Assembly (NCBI GenBank): GCA_029258835.1
Contig: JAPDJY010000029.1
Span: forward strand, 1-23,624
DNA: 23,624 bases
Direction: 5' to 3'
From: Thermoproteota archaeon
GTDB lineage: Archaea > Asgardarchaeota > Jordiarchaeia > Jordiarchaeales > Freyrarchaeaceae
In this document: positions 1 through 8,208 of the stretch, piece after piece
How the letters are laid out: each line of letters starts with the position of its first letter
Numbering within the stretch: position 1 is the first letter of the stretch
The notes under the pieces: generated by a model
What the model was told of the DNA's origin: nothing
Seen by the model: only the letters and a program-made list of their open reading frames with translations
The model's database searches: none
Translations under genes and position numbers: made by a program

Positions 1-99
1 GCATGTGTAGGTGATCGTGTCAAAGGAAAAGTTAAGAGAGAAAGGGTTTTAGAAATTAAGGAACAAATTAGAGCACTATCACATGCAAATTCTTTTTAG
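1..99 (+). CDS. mfnB: 3' end of a probable (5-formylfuran-3-yl)methyl phosphate synthase (MfnB/DUF556), partial
   Basis: Frame 1 reads ACVGDRVKGKVKRERVLEIKEQIRALSHANSF* (TAG 97-99), resembling the MfnB C-terminal 'AC..DR..G.I..E.V' segment; convergent with an MfnE-like C-terminus. Only 32 codons visible. Confidence 0.5.
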   Translation, partial: ACVGDRVKGKVKRERVLEIKEQIRALSHANSF

Positions 100-845
100 G
101 CTTTAATGATCGTTGCTAATGGTTTTTCTCCTTCCAATATCTGTTTAATTCTTTCAGGATACAGTCCATTAACAACATAACAAGTTAATCCCTTTTCTAA
201 AAGCAGAAATTTAGGCAAAAAGGCATCTATACATGTTTCTATATTCAACAGCTCTTTTGGTGTTATTTCTTTTAACATGAATGTTTCTGGATACTTTTTA
301 GGATCTCTTGCAAAAATTCCATCAACATCTTTCACCAAAATCAGCTTTTCAATTTTTAACAATTTAGCTATGTACGCGCTAATGGTATCCGAAGTAACGT
401 CCCATGAAAAGGGAAGCTCATCTGAAGTAAAAAGTAAACCGACGCCCACTTCGTCGCTCTCTGAAATAGCTTCCATCCCTGCCACAATCATTGTAGCAAT
501 GGCTCCCTTCATGTCGCAGGCTCCAAGACCTATAAGCTTCCCTCTCTTAACTTTTGGGACAAATGGGTTCTCCTTCCATCCTTCTGTTGGAGGAACAGTG
601 TCAAGGTGGCCGTTGAACACTAAGACTGGAGATCCGGATCCTAGTGAGGCTATTAGGTTGGCTCCAAACCGTAAATCGTCGATCCGTGGCTTAATACCAT
701 GGTCAATGAGCAACTCGCCTATTTTTGAGGCTACCCTGTGCTCTCCACCCTTAATCCCGGAGTGGCTTTCGATTTCAACTAGTTCACGGGCTAAGCCGGC
801 AACGTCGGATGAGTCTATAAAGCTCAGCACATCGGCCACGCTCAA
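96..845 (-). CDS. Chimeric ORF: N-terminal part of an M20 (ArgE/DapE-like) metallopeptidase fused in frame to the C-terminal half of an MfnE-like amino-acid-kinase-family protein
   Basis: N-part has NGHLDTVP, GLGACDMKG and FTSDE (M20 motifs); C-part has LPFSWDVTSD and LILVKDVDGIF (MfnE/AA-kinase). Junction at ~415-430 coincides with a GC step. Confidence 0.7.
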   Translation of the reverse strand: MSVADVLSFIDSSDVAGLARELVEIESHSGIKGGEHRVASKIGELLIDHGIKPRIDDLRFGANLIASLGSGSPVLVFNGHLDTVPPTEGWKENPFVPKVKRGKLIGLGACDMKGAIATMIVAGMEAISESDEVGVGLLFTSDELPFSWDVTSDTISAYIAKLLKIEKLILVKDVDGIFARDPKKYPETFMLKEITPKELLNIETCIDAFLPKFLLLEKGLTCYVVNGLYPERIKQILEGEKPLATIIKA

Positions 846-868
846 TAAGCTTCACCACCAAAAGGAAG

Positions 869-1555
869 TTACAGGCAGCCATACGCCTCCATGTACCTCT
901 CAATATACTCCTTGACCTTCTCTGCTGGCCTGTAGATTCCATAGTGTCCTTCGCATAGCACGTCTGCGTTCAGCGATAGCAAGTGCCTCATTGAGCTACA
1001 GTACTGGTTGACGTCTGCGCCCCATGATGGCTCGATTGGCCCATGTATGTCTTGGCCGAACAGGACGCGTTTACCTTCGACTTCCACAAGGACTGATATG
1101 CTTCCGGGAGTGTGTCCTGGAGAGTGTATCAGGTGGAAGTCGAGGTTGCCGAAGCGCGTTAGTGCGGTTTCGCTGATTTTTACGTCCACCGTGCAGGGTT
1201 GAAGCTTTACGCCATACAGCTCGGCGCCCGTCGTAAACTGGTCTCCGGATTCCAGTGCCTCTGCGTCAAGTTCGTGCATTATAATTTTACATTTGAACTT
1301 TTCCTTGAAGGCGTGGCATCCGCCGACGTGGTCTATGTGTTTATGGGTGGCTATTAGGAAGCCTATTTCCTCAGGGTTATAACCTAGGGATTTTATGTTT
1401 TGAACTATTTTCCTAAAGCCTAGTCCGGTGCCTGCGTCTACGAGCACGAGCGTACTGCCCGCGTCCACTAAGTAAACGCAGCAGTCGGTGGGATGCGAAA
1501 GATAAGCGTCGCCGACGAGGAACACGCCGTTTAGGATCTTCAATGGCTTAGGCAT
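869..1555 (-). CDS. MBL-fold metallo-hydrolase
   Basis: THKHIDHVGG (HxHxDH), PGHTPGS, LFGQD and CEGH motifs; 228 aa. Confidence 0.9.
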   Translation of the reverse strand: MPKPLKILNGVFLVGDAYLSHPTDCCVYLVDAGSTLVLVDAGTGLGFRKIVQNIKSLGYNPEEIGFLIATHKHIDHVGGCHAFKEKFKCKIIMHELDAEALESGDQFTTGAELYGVKLQPCTVDVKISETALTRFGNLDFHLIHSPGHTPGSISVLVEVEGKRVLFGQDIHGPIEPSWGADVNQYCSSMRHLLSLNADVLCEGHYGIYRPAEKVKEYIERYMEAYGCL

Positions 1556-1591
1556 TATGGCACCCCAATTAATTATTAAACCGTAGTGCTT

Positions 1592-2305
1592 TCATTGTTT
1601 TGCTTCCTTTCGTCTAAGTGTTTCTACCTGTCTGGCCGGGGCTCCTGCCCATAACGTGTAGGGAGGTATTTTGGTGTCCATTGGTACTAGGGAGTGGGCT
1701 GCGACGACCGCTCCTTCACCGATTTCAACTCCTGGGAAAATAGTCGACCTTACACCTATCAGGGCGCCACGTCCGATCTTCACCTTTTTAAGGTATAGCT
1801 TTCCGTCTCTTGAAAGATGTGACGCTATAAAGGAGTGGGCGCCGGCCACCGCACCATCTTCCATTTCCACCAGGTATGGGTCTGTTACGTCATCTAGTGA
1901 TACGCCTTTCCCAAGCTTTGCCCCGAGGAGGCGGAGGAAGGGGGGCCTGAGAGCTGTCTGGCCAAGTGGTGGATCCCCGACGAAGTACTTAACTGCGTCC
2001 ACTAGTGATATGTTTATCAGCCAGTTTCTAATGTTTTCGTCTTCGAATCCGGGGCCGTGGAGCCCTTCCTTAACCGGTCTCAACTGTGCTCTCGCCAGTG
2101 CTAGGAAGAAGAGCTTGAAGCACCATTTAGCCACTATGTAGTAGAGTGGAGCTAGCCCTACCACTATGATGAATGGTAGATGTAGAAGGTAGACTACGGC
2201 GTAGTATGTTAAAACTGCTGTTAGGATTGAGGGGAGGAGAGATGCTAAACCGGCTAGGAGAATGTTCAAAGCCAGCCTTAAAAGCAACCTAGGTGGATTG
2301 CTCAA
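1592..2305 (-). CDS. Membrane-anchored left-handed beta-helix (hexapeptide repeat) acyltransferase
   Basis: Two hydrophobic N-terminal segments, then LLGAKLGKGV, VKIGRGALIG, IFPGVEIGEGAVVAAHSLV and WAGAPAR; SD GGAGGTG upstream of the TTG. Confidence 0.8.
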   Translation of the reverse strand: MSNPPRLLLRLALNILLAGLASLLPSILTAVLTYYAVVYLLHLPFIIVVGLAPLYYIVAKWCFKLFFLALARAQLRPVKEGLHGPGFEDENIRNWLINISLVDAVKYFVGDPPLGQTALRPPFLRLLGAKLGKGVSLDDVTDPYLVEMEDGAVAGAHSFIASHLSRDGKLYLKKVKIGRGALIGVRSTIFPGVEIGEGAVVAAHSLVPMDTKIPPYTLWAGAPARQVETLRRKEAKQ

Positions 2306-2514
2306 GAGGACACCTCCCTTAGGGGGATACGTTGTTCCTCGAGGAGGGTATGAGATAGAGAAGTGGTGCAGGATAAAAACGTTTGGGTTTTAGTGAAAAT
2401 TAAGTGAAGGGGGGGAGGTAGCCTACCTTTTTTAAAGGCGAGGTCAAACGGTTATTGAAACTTTAAGGAAGCTGAAAAATGGTTTATAAAGCCGCGTCTA
2501 AATGGTGGATGGTT

Positions 2515-2889
2515 TTAGGTCTTTTCGATTCCTGGGCAGAGTTTGCAGTCTTCAGGAACGTTGTCTAATTGCCTATGAAGGTTGCATAGGACTTCTCTCT
2601 TCCTCAGCTCTAGGCATAACTTACACGTTTCTCTATAGACATCGATGAGTGAGGATGTCGAGGCAATCTTCTCTGCTGCTTTTTGAATTAACTCGTTAAA
2701 AGTTGGTTCGTTGAACTCCATTTTTCTACCACGCTTCCCTTTCATGTACTGGGAGACCGCTGCTTCCGAGAGACCCAGTCTCTCAGAGATTTCCTTTTGG
2801 GAAAAGCCGAGCTTTGCAAGCTCCTTTGCTAGGGCAGACCTGATGCTAGGAAGAAAGTACCATATTACGATTTCACAGGGAAGTTTCAA
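2515..2889 (-). CDS. Archaeal HTH transcriptional regulator (COG2522-like) with Cys/His-rich C-terminus
   Basis: PCE..W..LPSIR, SQKEISERLGLSEAAVSQY..GKRG HTH; CxxC...CxxH...CxxC tail. Confidence 0.85.
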   Translation of the reverse strand: MKLPCEIVIWYFLPSIRSALAKELAKLGFSQKEISERLGLSEAAVSQYMKGKRGRKMEFNEPTFNELIQKAAEKIASTSSLIDVYRETCKLCLELRKREVLCNLHRQLDNVPEDCKLCPGIEKT

Positions 2890-2911
2890 GGTATCCCCCT
2901 CACCAAGCCAC

Positions 2912-2952
2912 TTAACATTAGTTAACTTCCTGATAACAATTGGAGATTGTTA
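2912..2952. promoter_or_regulatory. Two TAAC-N-GTTA inverted repeats, candidate operator of the adjacent regulator
   Basis: TTAAC-atta-GTTAA (2912-2925) and TAACAAT-tggag-ATTGTTA (2934-2952) in the divergent promoter region. Confidence 0.35.
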
Positions 2953-3125
2953 GTATTTAAGTGATACCGTAGATTCATGAAGGGAAACCGGCGTTTAACC
3001 TTCAAGATTCGCTAGGTGATGGATGGTTGCTGTGGTTACGAGTTTTAGAGGGATGCTTCCGAGCTGAAGGAAAATTTTAAATTTGGCTGTGTTAGGAGGG
3101 GTGTGACTGGTTAAGGGGGATTGTA

Positions 3126-4577
3126 GTGCCTGGGGAGATTACCTTTAAGTTTAAAGTGAAAGTTTACGTTGAGGTTGGGTTCTGGGATCTTATAGCTGTT
3201 AGCTTGGTGCTACTCTTCACTCTAGGTTTATGGGTTATTGGTCCACCGTTGTCTCTAGACGACTTCTATCACTTGTCTGTGGCGCGTGTCATATACCAGT
3301 TCGGCTTCACGCCTACTTGGGACTGGTGGGAGTATGCGCCATTTGGGAGGCCACACCTCTACCCTCCTTTGCTACATGTTTTCCTAGCGTTTTTGACTTC
3401 TATTTTTCATGGAGATTTGTTCTTGGCTGCGAGGGCTGTGAAGGTTCTCTGCTACCCCTTTCTAGCATTCTGCTTCTGGCTTTCTGCTAGAGGGTTCATT
3501 GGAAAGTATGCTTTATGCTCTCTAGTAGTGCTCCTATGTTCGACCAGCCTTTTCCTCATGGGGTGCATGATTATGCCTGCTACGCTGGTGCTGGCTTTAA
3601 CATGCTTACTCTTCCATGCTTTCAGGAAGAGAAAACTTTGGCTGTCTACCATTCTAATGGCAGCGTGTTTCTGGCTGCACTTGGCGATGCCCTTCCTGAC
3701 CGTTTTAGCACTTCTGCCTCAAAGCATCCTTGAGGGAGATGCTAAATTCTACTTGAAGATGACGGCTACGTCGCTTTCCACGTACGTTCCCTGGATGATT
3801 CACGTGCTAAACCACTTCAGCTGGCTTCACAGTACCAACATGCCGTTAGAGTTATACGTTCCAGTCTTAGCCTGGGCTTTAGGATTTCCATCCTTAGTTA
3901 AAGAGTTCAGGTGTAAGGGGGAAACCGTTTATGGCTTTTACCTTCTCGCGTTAACCCCTCTCCTAGCTTCCTACGGCCACAGGTTCTGGGTTTACGCTTT
4001 GATACCAATTTCATTCTACGTTGGCGTAACGTTTAAATGGCTTAACCAAATGGGAAGGACGAGGAAAATTGGGGTCATACTTTTAGTGTTGCTCGCCGCC
4101 ACGTCGTTCACCTGGACGCCGACTATCGGTAAACCTGCAACGCTACCAGACGGGAGAGTCCTCAACGCAGGGTTTAGCCTTTTCCAGCCCACACCCCTCA
4201 TGCTTATAGCCACCTGGCCGCAGGAGAGGAGGGGGTTATTAACTTGGGATAGCATGGAAATGTGGATGGCATCCCTCTGGATTATAGGGAACGTTCCACC
4301 CTGGCAGCCTGTCTGCGTCTTAGGGTGGATGAGCATGGTTGAAGGAGACATGATTACTGCTTTCTCGGGGAGGCCGACAACCAGTGGCATGTGGCTGGAG
4401 GTCATGAAGCCTGAACTCACACTCCTAGTACACGGTTACGTTGCAGACCATGGTGTGGTTTACGTGGTGAACGCCGGCTTGAAGCCTCCACCAGGCCTTA
4501 AACCAGCCCTGAAGCTTAACACCGTTACGATCTACGTGAGAGAAAACGCGTGGCAGTCACAGGATGGTAGAGTTTAG
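3126..4577 (+). CDS. Polytopic membrane GT-C-fold glycosyltransferase (STT3/AglB/ArnT-like)
   Basis: First loop DDFYHL...PTWDWWEYAPFGRPHLYPPL, about 11-13 hydrophobic segments, soluble C-terminal domain; true start may be slightly downstream. Confidence 0.65.
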   Translation: MPGEITFKFKVKVYVEVGFWDLIAVSLVLLFTLGLWVIGPPLSLDDFYHLSVARVIYQFGFTPTWDWWEYAPFGRPHLYPPLLHVFLAFLTSIFHGDLFLAARAVKVLCYPFLAFCFWLSARGFIGKYALCSLVVLLCSTSLFLMGCMIMPATLVLALTCLLFHAFRKRKLWLSTILMAACFWLHLAMPFLTVLALLPQSILEGDAKFYLKMTATSLSTYVPWMIHVLNHFSWLHSTNMPLELYVPVLAWALGFPSLVKEFRCKGETVYGFYLLALTPLLASYGHRFWVYALIPISFYVGVTFKWLNQMGRTRKIGVILLVLLAATSFTWTPTIGKPATLPDGRVLNAGFSLFQPTPLMLIATWPQERRGLLTWDSMEMWMASLWIIGNVPPWQPVCVLGWMSMVEGDMITAFSGRPTTSGMWLEVMKPELTLLVHGYVADHGVVYVVNAGLKPPPGLKPALKLNTVTIYVRENAWQSQDGRV

Positions 4578-4649
4578 GAACTGTTTTATATACCACATGG
4601 TACCCTATTATCCCCAGATTAGTCTTCGTGTTCCCAGAGGAGGAGATTC

Positions 4650-6128
4650 TTGTTGGATTCTGAGATCAGAGATCTTACACCGGTCTTCGAGCCGCGTTCC
4701 CTAGCTATGATAGGGGCTTCTAATAACCCCATGAAATGGGGATGCATTATCTTAATGAACATACTCGGATACGGATTTCAAGGAAAAATATATCCTGTTA
4801 ACCCCCACGAGGAAAAAATCCTTGGGATAAGAGCCTACCCTGATATTAGGAGGGTAGAAGAGGAAGTCGACTTGGCTGTGATAGCCAGGCCTGCGGAGGC
4901 AACCCTCCAGCACATTGAGGAGTGCGTTGAGGCGGGCGTGAAGGCGGCAATAGTCATCGCCGGCGGATTCAGGGAAACAGGGGAGGAAGGGAGGAAGCTA
5001 GAGGAAAAAATCGTTAAAATAGCGAGGCGAGGGGGGCTACTCCTTGTCGGGCCGAACACCATGGGCGTTTACAGCGCACCCGTCAACCTCCGCGCCCTCA
5101 TGCCGCCTGTCTCCCCTGTTAAGGGGGAGGTCGCCCTTGTAAGTCAAAGTGGGAACATCGGGACAAACCTTCTGGGCTTTGGCTCAACGGTTGGGGTTGG
5201 ATTTGACAAGTTTGTTAGCAGCGGCAATGAGGCGGACATTGAATGTTACGAGTATATCGCCTACTTTGGAGCAGACCCTAAGGTGAAGGTTATCTTGGCG
5301 TACCTTGAAGGAATCAGGAGTGGAAGGAGGTTCATGAGGGTTGCCGAGGAGGTCTCTGAGAGGAAGCCGTTAATAGTTTACAAGGCGGGGAGGACGCGGG
5401 CGGGGGTCAGGGCCGCTAGGTCGCATAGTGGAGCATTAATCGGCTCGAACGAGGTGGTCAGGGCTGTCTTCAGGCAGACAGGGATCATAGAGGCTTCTAC
5501 TGTTAACGAGATGCTGGATTTAGCTAAGACTTTTGTGAGGATGCCACTGCCAAATGGGAGAAGGGTTGGGATACTGACTTGGGGTGGGGGGTACGGCGTC
5601 GTCGCTTCAGACGCGTTTGAGGAGGCAGGGCTGGAGGTGACGTCGCTAACCGAGGAGTCACTAAGGGAGCTTGACAAGATTTTACCTCCCTACTGGAGCA
5701 GAGGGAACCCCGTGGACCTAGTTGGAACCTTTGATAGGCAGATCCAGCCTCCATGCTTAGACATAATAGCTAGAGACGAGAACACGGATATCGTCGTTGC
5801 CTTAGGCTTCATAGTTGGAAGCGGAGCGTTCGCCGGGTCCTACAGGAGCGCTCCTTGGAGGAAGGAGGAGGAGGGCGAGATAGTTAAGTCGTGGCTTAGC
5901 AAAGCCGACGAGGAGAACATGGATGTACTTGTTGAGATGGTTAGGAAGCATAGCAAACCCGTGGTAGCCGTCACGCTCACAACAGATATGGATGTTGTCC
6001 GTAGGGCGGCGGAGAAGGGAGCGATCGTTTATCCTACGATAGAAACAGCCGCGAGCGTACTTTCAAAGATGGTTCGGTACGTTGAGTACTTGAGGAGGCG
6101 CGGTAAGTTGAGGATGGTGGAGGACTGA
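4650..6128 (+). CDS. Acetate/acyl-CoA ligase (ADP-forming), alpha subunit (CoA-binding)
   Basis: IGASNNP.KWG, YPVNP, GPNTMG, SQSG, SGNEAD, SHSGAL (phospho-His), NPVDL; SD GAGGAG upstream. Confidence 0.92.
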   Translation: MLDSEIRDLTPVFEPRSLAMIGASNNPMKWGCIILMNILGYGFQGKIYPVNPHEEKILGIRAYPDIRRVEEEVDLAVIARPAEATLQHIEECVEAGVKAAIVIAGGFRETGEEGRKLEEKIVKIARRGGLLLVGPNTMGVYSAPVNLRALMPPVSPVKGEVALVSQSGNIGTNLLGFGSTVGVGFDKFVSSGNEADIECYEYIAYFGADPKVKVILAYLEGIRSGRRFMRVAEEVSERKPLIVYKAGRTRAGVRAARSHSGALIGSNEVVRAVFRQTGIIEASTVNEMLDLAKTFVRMPLPNGRRVGILTWGGGYGVVASDAFEEAGLEVTSLTEESLRELDKILPPYWSRGNPVDLVGTFDRQIQPPCLDIIARDENTDIVVALGFIVGSGAFAGSYRSAPWRKEEEGEIVKSWLSKADEENMDVLVEMVRKHSKPVVAVTLTTDMDVVRRAAEKGAIVYPTIETAASVLSKMVRYVEYLRRRGKLRMVED

Positions 6129-6173
6129 CGGAAGCATCGGGCGAACGTCCTGGAAGGAAGAAAAAGGGGAGAG

Positions 6174-7265
6174 TTATAGGGATGCCTCCTTGAAGATGAA
6201 CGGTGCGATTAGGCTGATCCAGAGCCCTACCACAACGTATAGTGGAAACTGGAGTATGCTGATGAATGGATCTATGTAAGGTTCTAGCATGAAGGTTACT
6301 ATGACGCTTGCCCATGGCGAAAGCTGGCTGGGGAGGATGAAGAACTTCACCAAAAGCTCTAAAATGTCGAAAACGGCGTAGATCCCCGATGATACTTTTT
6401 TTGCTGCTAGGGCGAGTATCATGAGGATTATGCTTCCTGTCGCAAGCCTTGTGATAGCGTTCTTTAAGCTGCCAGCCTTTCCGAGTTTGATGGTTTCGTG
6501 TTCGAATACGGCTCCCACGAAAAAGCCTGTAAAGAAGCCTCCAGCGTACCACCCAATCCTCCAACTGTAAGGGGTAAGGGCTCCGACGAGTACGCCTACG
6601 ACCACCACTATGACACATTTGTACACCATGCTTTCCGGAAGAAAAGAGGCGATCTTGCTCCATGCTCTTTCAGCTAAAAGGGCGTAGACTGCGAATATTG
6701 CAAAGCCCACTAGGCTGCCAGCTATTACGTCAGTGGGCCAATGGACGCCAAGGTACACCCTGCTCAGCGACACGAGAAAGGTCAAGAGTAACGCTGCAGA
6801 GTAGACGGCGACACAGCCTTCCTTAAGCCTGAACCCTCTGGCCTCCGGTGCTTCAGGCGGATTAACCTCTGTGGAGGATCGCTTTAGGTGTGAGCATACA
6901 AGATGAGCCGTGTAAAAGCTGCTGGTTGATGCCAGCTGCGCATGGCCGCTCGGCATGGATGGACCTGAGGCGTCGTAGAAAACAAATGCCTCGAACCTTG
7001 TTGGCCTAAGCCTGTAGATTGCATATTTTAACCACAAGTTCACCATTGCCTCGATCAATATTAAGGCCCCGAGAAGGAGGCTTTCCCGCTTGTAGCCGAG
7101 CCAGAAGAACACGGATACGACCAGTATCCAGATGGTTTCGGTGCCGAACTGTGTTATCACCCACATTACTCCGTCGAGTACCGAGGGGAACTTGAAGAGC
7201 CCCCAAGGAGTCCACGTCACCCCTTGAATCCACTGCAGGACACCCAGATCCCACCAGTAACTCAT
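6174..7265 (-). CDS. PAP2-family membrane phosphatase
   Basis: KYAIYRLRP, SMPSGHA and SRVYLGVHWPTDV motifs; start placed at ATG 7265 (MSYWWDLG), because the longer ORF overlaps the cupin remnant. Confidence 0.9.
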   Translation of the reverse strand: MSYWWDLGVLQWIQGVTWTPWGLFKFPSVLDGVMWVITQFGTETIWILVVSVFFWLGYKRESLLLGALILIEAMVNLWLKYAIYRLRPTRFEAFVFYDASGPSMPSGHAQLASTSSFYTAHLVCSHLKRSSTEVNPPEAPEARGFRLKEGCVAVYSAALLLTFLVSLSRVYLGVHWPTDVIAGSLVGFAIFAVYALLAERAWSKIASFLPESMVYKCVIVVVVGVLVGALTPYSWRIGWYAGGFFTGFFVGAVFEHETIKLGKAGSLKNAITRLATGSIILMILALAAKKVSSGIYAVFDILELLVKFFILPSQLSPWASVIVTFMLEPYIDPFISILQFPLYVVVGLWISLIAPFIFKEASL

Positions 7266-7350
7266 TTTAAAGCACCAGCAGGAAAATCTTCCTATCACCA
7301 ATTTAAAAGTTAGGGGAAAGTTTAAAGCAAATATAGATGCTACTTGAGCG

Positions 7351-7705
7351 CTATTGCTCAAGTACTTTTGTGGGTTGAGTTTGCCTTGGAGTTTTGACAA
7401 CGAGAAAACGTAGCACCTTGTCGCTCTCGTTGCACCAACAATGCGGTATTTTAGCTGGGCTTTCAATAAGCGTGTCGGGCCCTACTTCCTCTCTTTCACC
7501 GCCGATCTCAATGATCCCTTCCCCTCAGAACCAGAACGTAGAAGAAAACGTCTACTGGGGTTGCGTGCTTCTTCAGCTTCTCTCCAAGATTTAATGTTGT
7601 ATGAATCACTTCCACATGCTCTATGCCATGTATTCTTGCGTCGACGCCATGAGAGTTTGGTACGGTGTCGGCCTCGTCAACCCTTACTATCTTCACGCTG
7701 GACAC
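7351..7705 (-). pseudogene. Frameshifted cupin-domain protein
   Basis: First frame ...LKKHATPVDVFFYVL; second frame GIIEIGGEREEVGPDTLIESPAKIPHCWCNESDKVLRFLVVKTPR...* (TAG at 7351-7353). Shift at ~7515-7540, at a GTTCTG duplication next to G runs. Confidence 0.8.
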
Positions 7706-7706
7706 T

Positions 7707-7975
7707 CTAGGCGCTTCTCCTAAGCGACTTCACCTCGTTAAGCAGCATCCTGTAGTTAAGCATTAAGTGCACCGCAGCTAGGAAGCTTAACAGGAAGCTG
7801 GTGACCGTGTGAAGCAGCTCTGGCGGATACTTGCCGAAGGGAAGAAAGGCGCGGCCGAATTCTTTGACCAAACCGCTGACGGGAGATAGCCAAAGGAGGA
7901 TGCCCGTTACCAAGACGGGGACCGATAGGGCCAGCATCAACAGCGACACGACCCCCTAAGCCTGACTACATTCAT
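7707..7975 (-). pseudogene. DUF4405-like small membrane protein with a probable -1 frameshift near the start
   Basis: SD GGAGG plus ATG at 7975 (MNVVRLRG) is out of frame with VSLLMLAL..VTGILLWL..LLHT...AVHLMLN by one G in a G5 run (7952-7956). Could be translated from GTG 7949 instead. Confidence 0.55.
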
Positions 7976-8208
7976 CTTATCAGCCTCCATGCATTTGAGA
8001 AGGAGGGAAATGAGTTAGATATTAAAAGTTTGACATTGAACATTTATAAAAATCATGGAAACAGTTATTCTTACTGGGTTAAGTGGTGTGAAAAACTAAT
8101 TTATTATAGGAGAAGGGAAGCAGCGTAGTGTGAGCTGTCACTGAGTAATGGTTTCCCCCTGATGGGTGCATGTTTAAGTGGCAGAGACGTGTACTGGGAC
8201 GTGTTAAC

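Noticed and set aside
277-915. 212-aa + strand ORF and the many other antisense or nested ORFs in the track
   Set aside because: Shadow frames of well-supported genes; Ser/Pro-rich, no motifs.
2416-2433. AGGTAG-c-CTACCT plus T run as a terminator
   Set aside because: One-nucleotide loop, and the T run is on the strand opposite to the flanking genes; function unsupported.
7266-7466. N-terminal extension of the PAP2 ORF
   Set aside because: Overlaps the cupin C-terminal frame and the AT-rich promoter; the membrane protein plausibly starts at ATG 7265.
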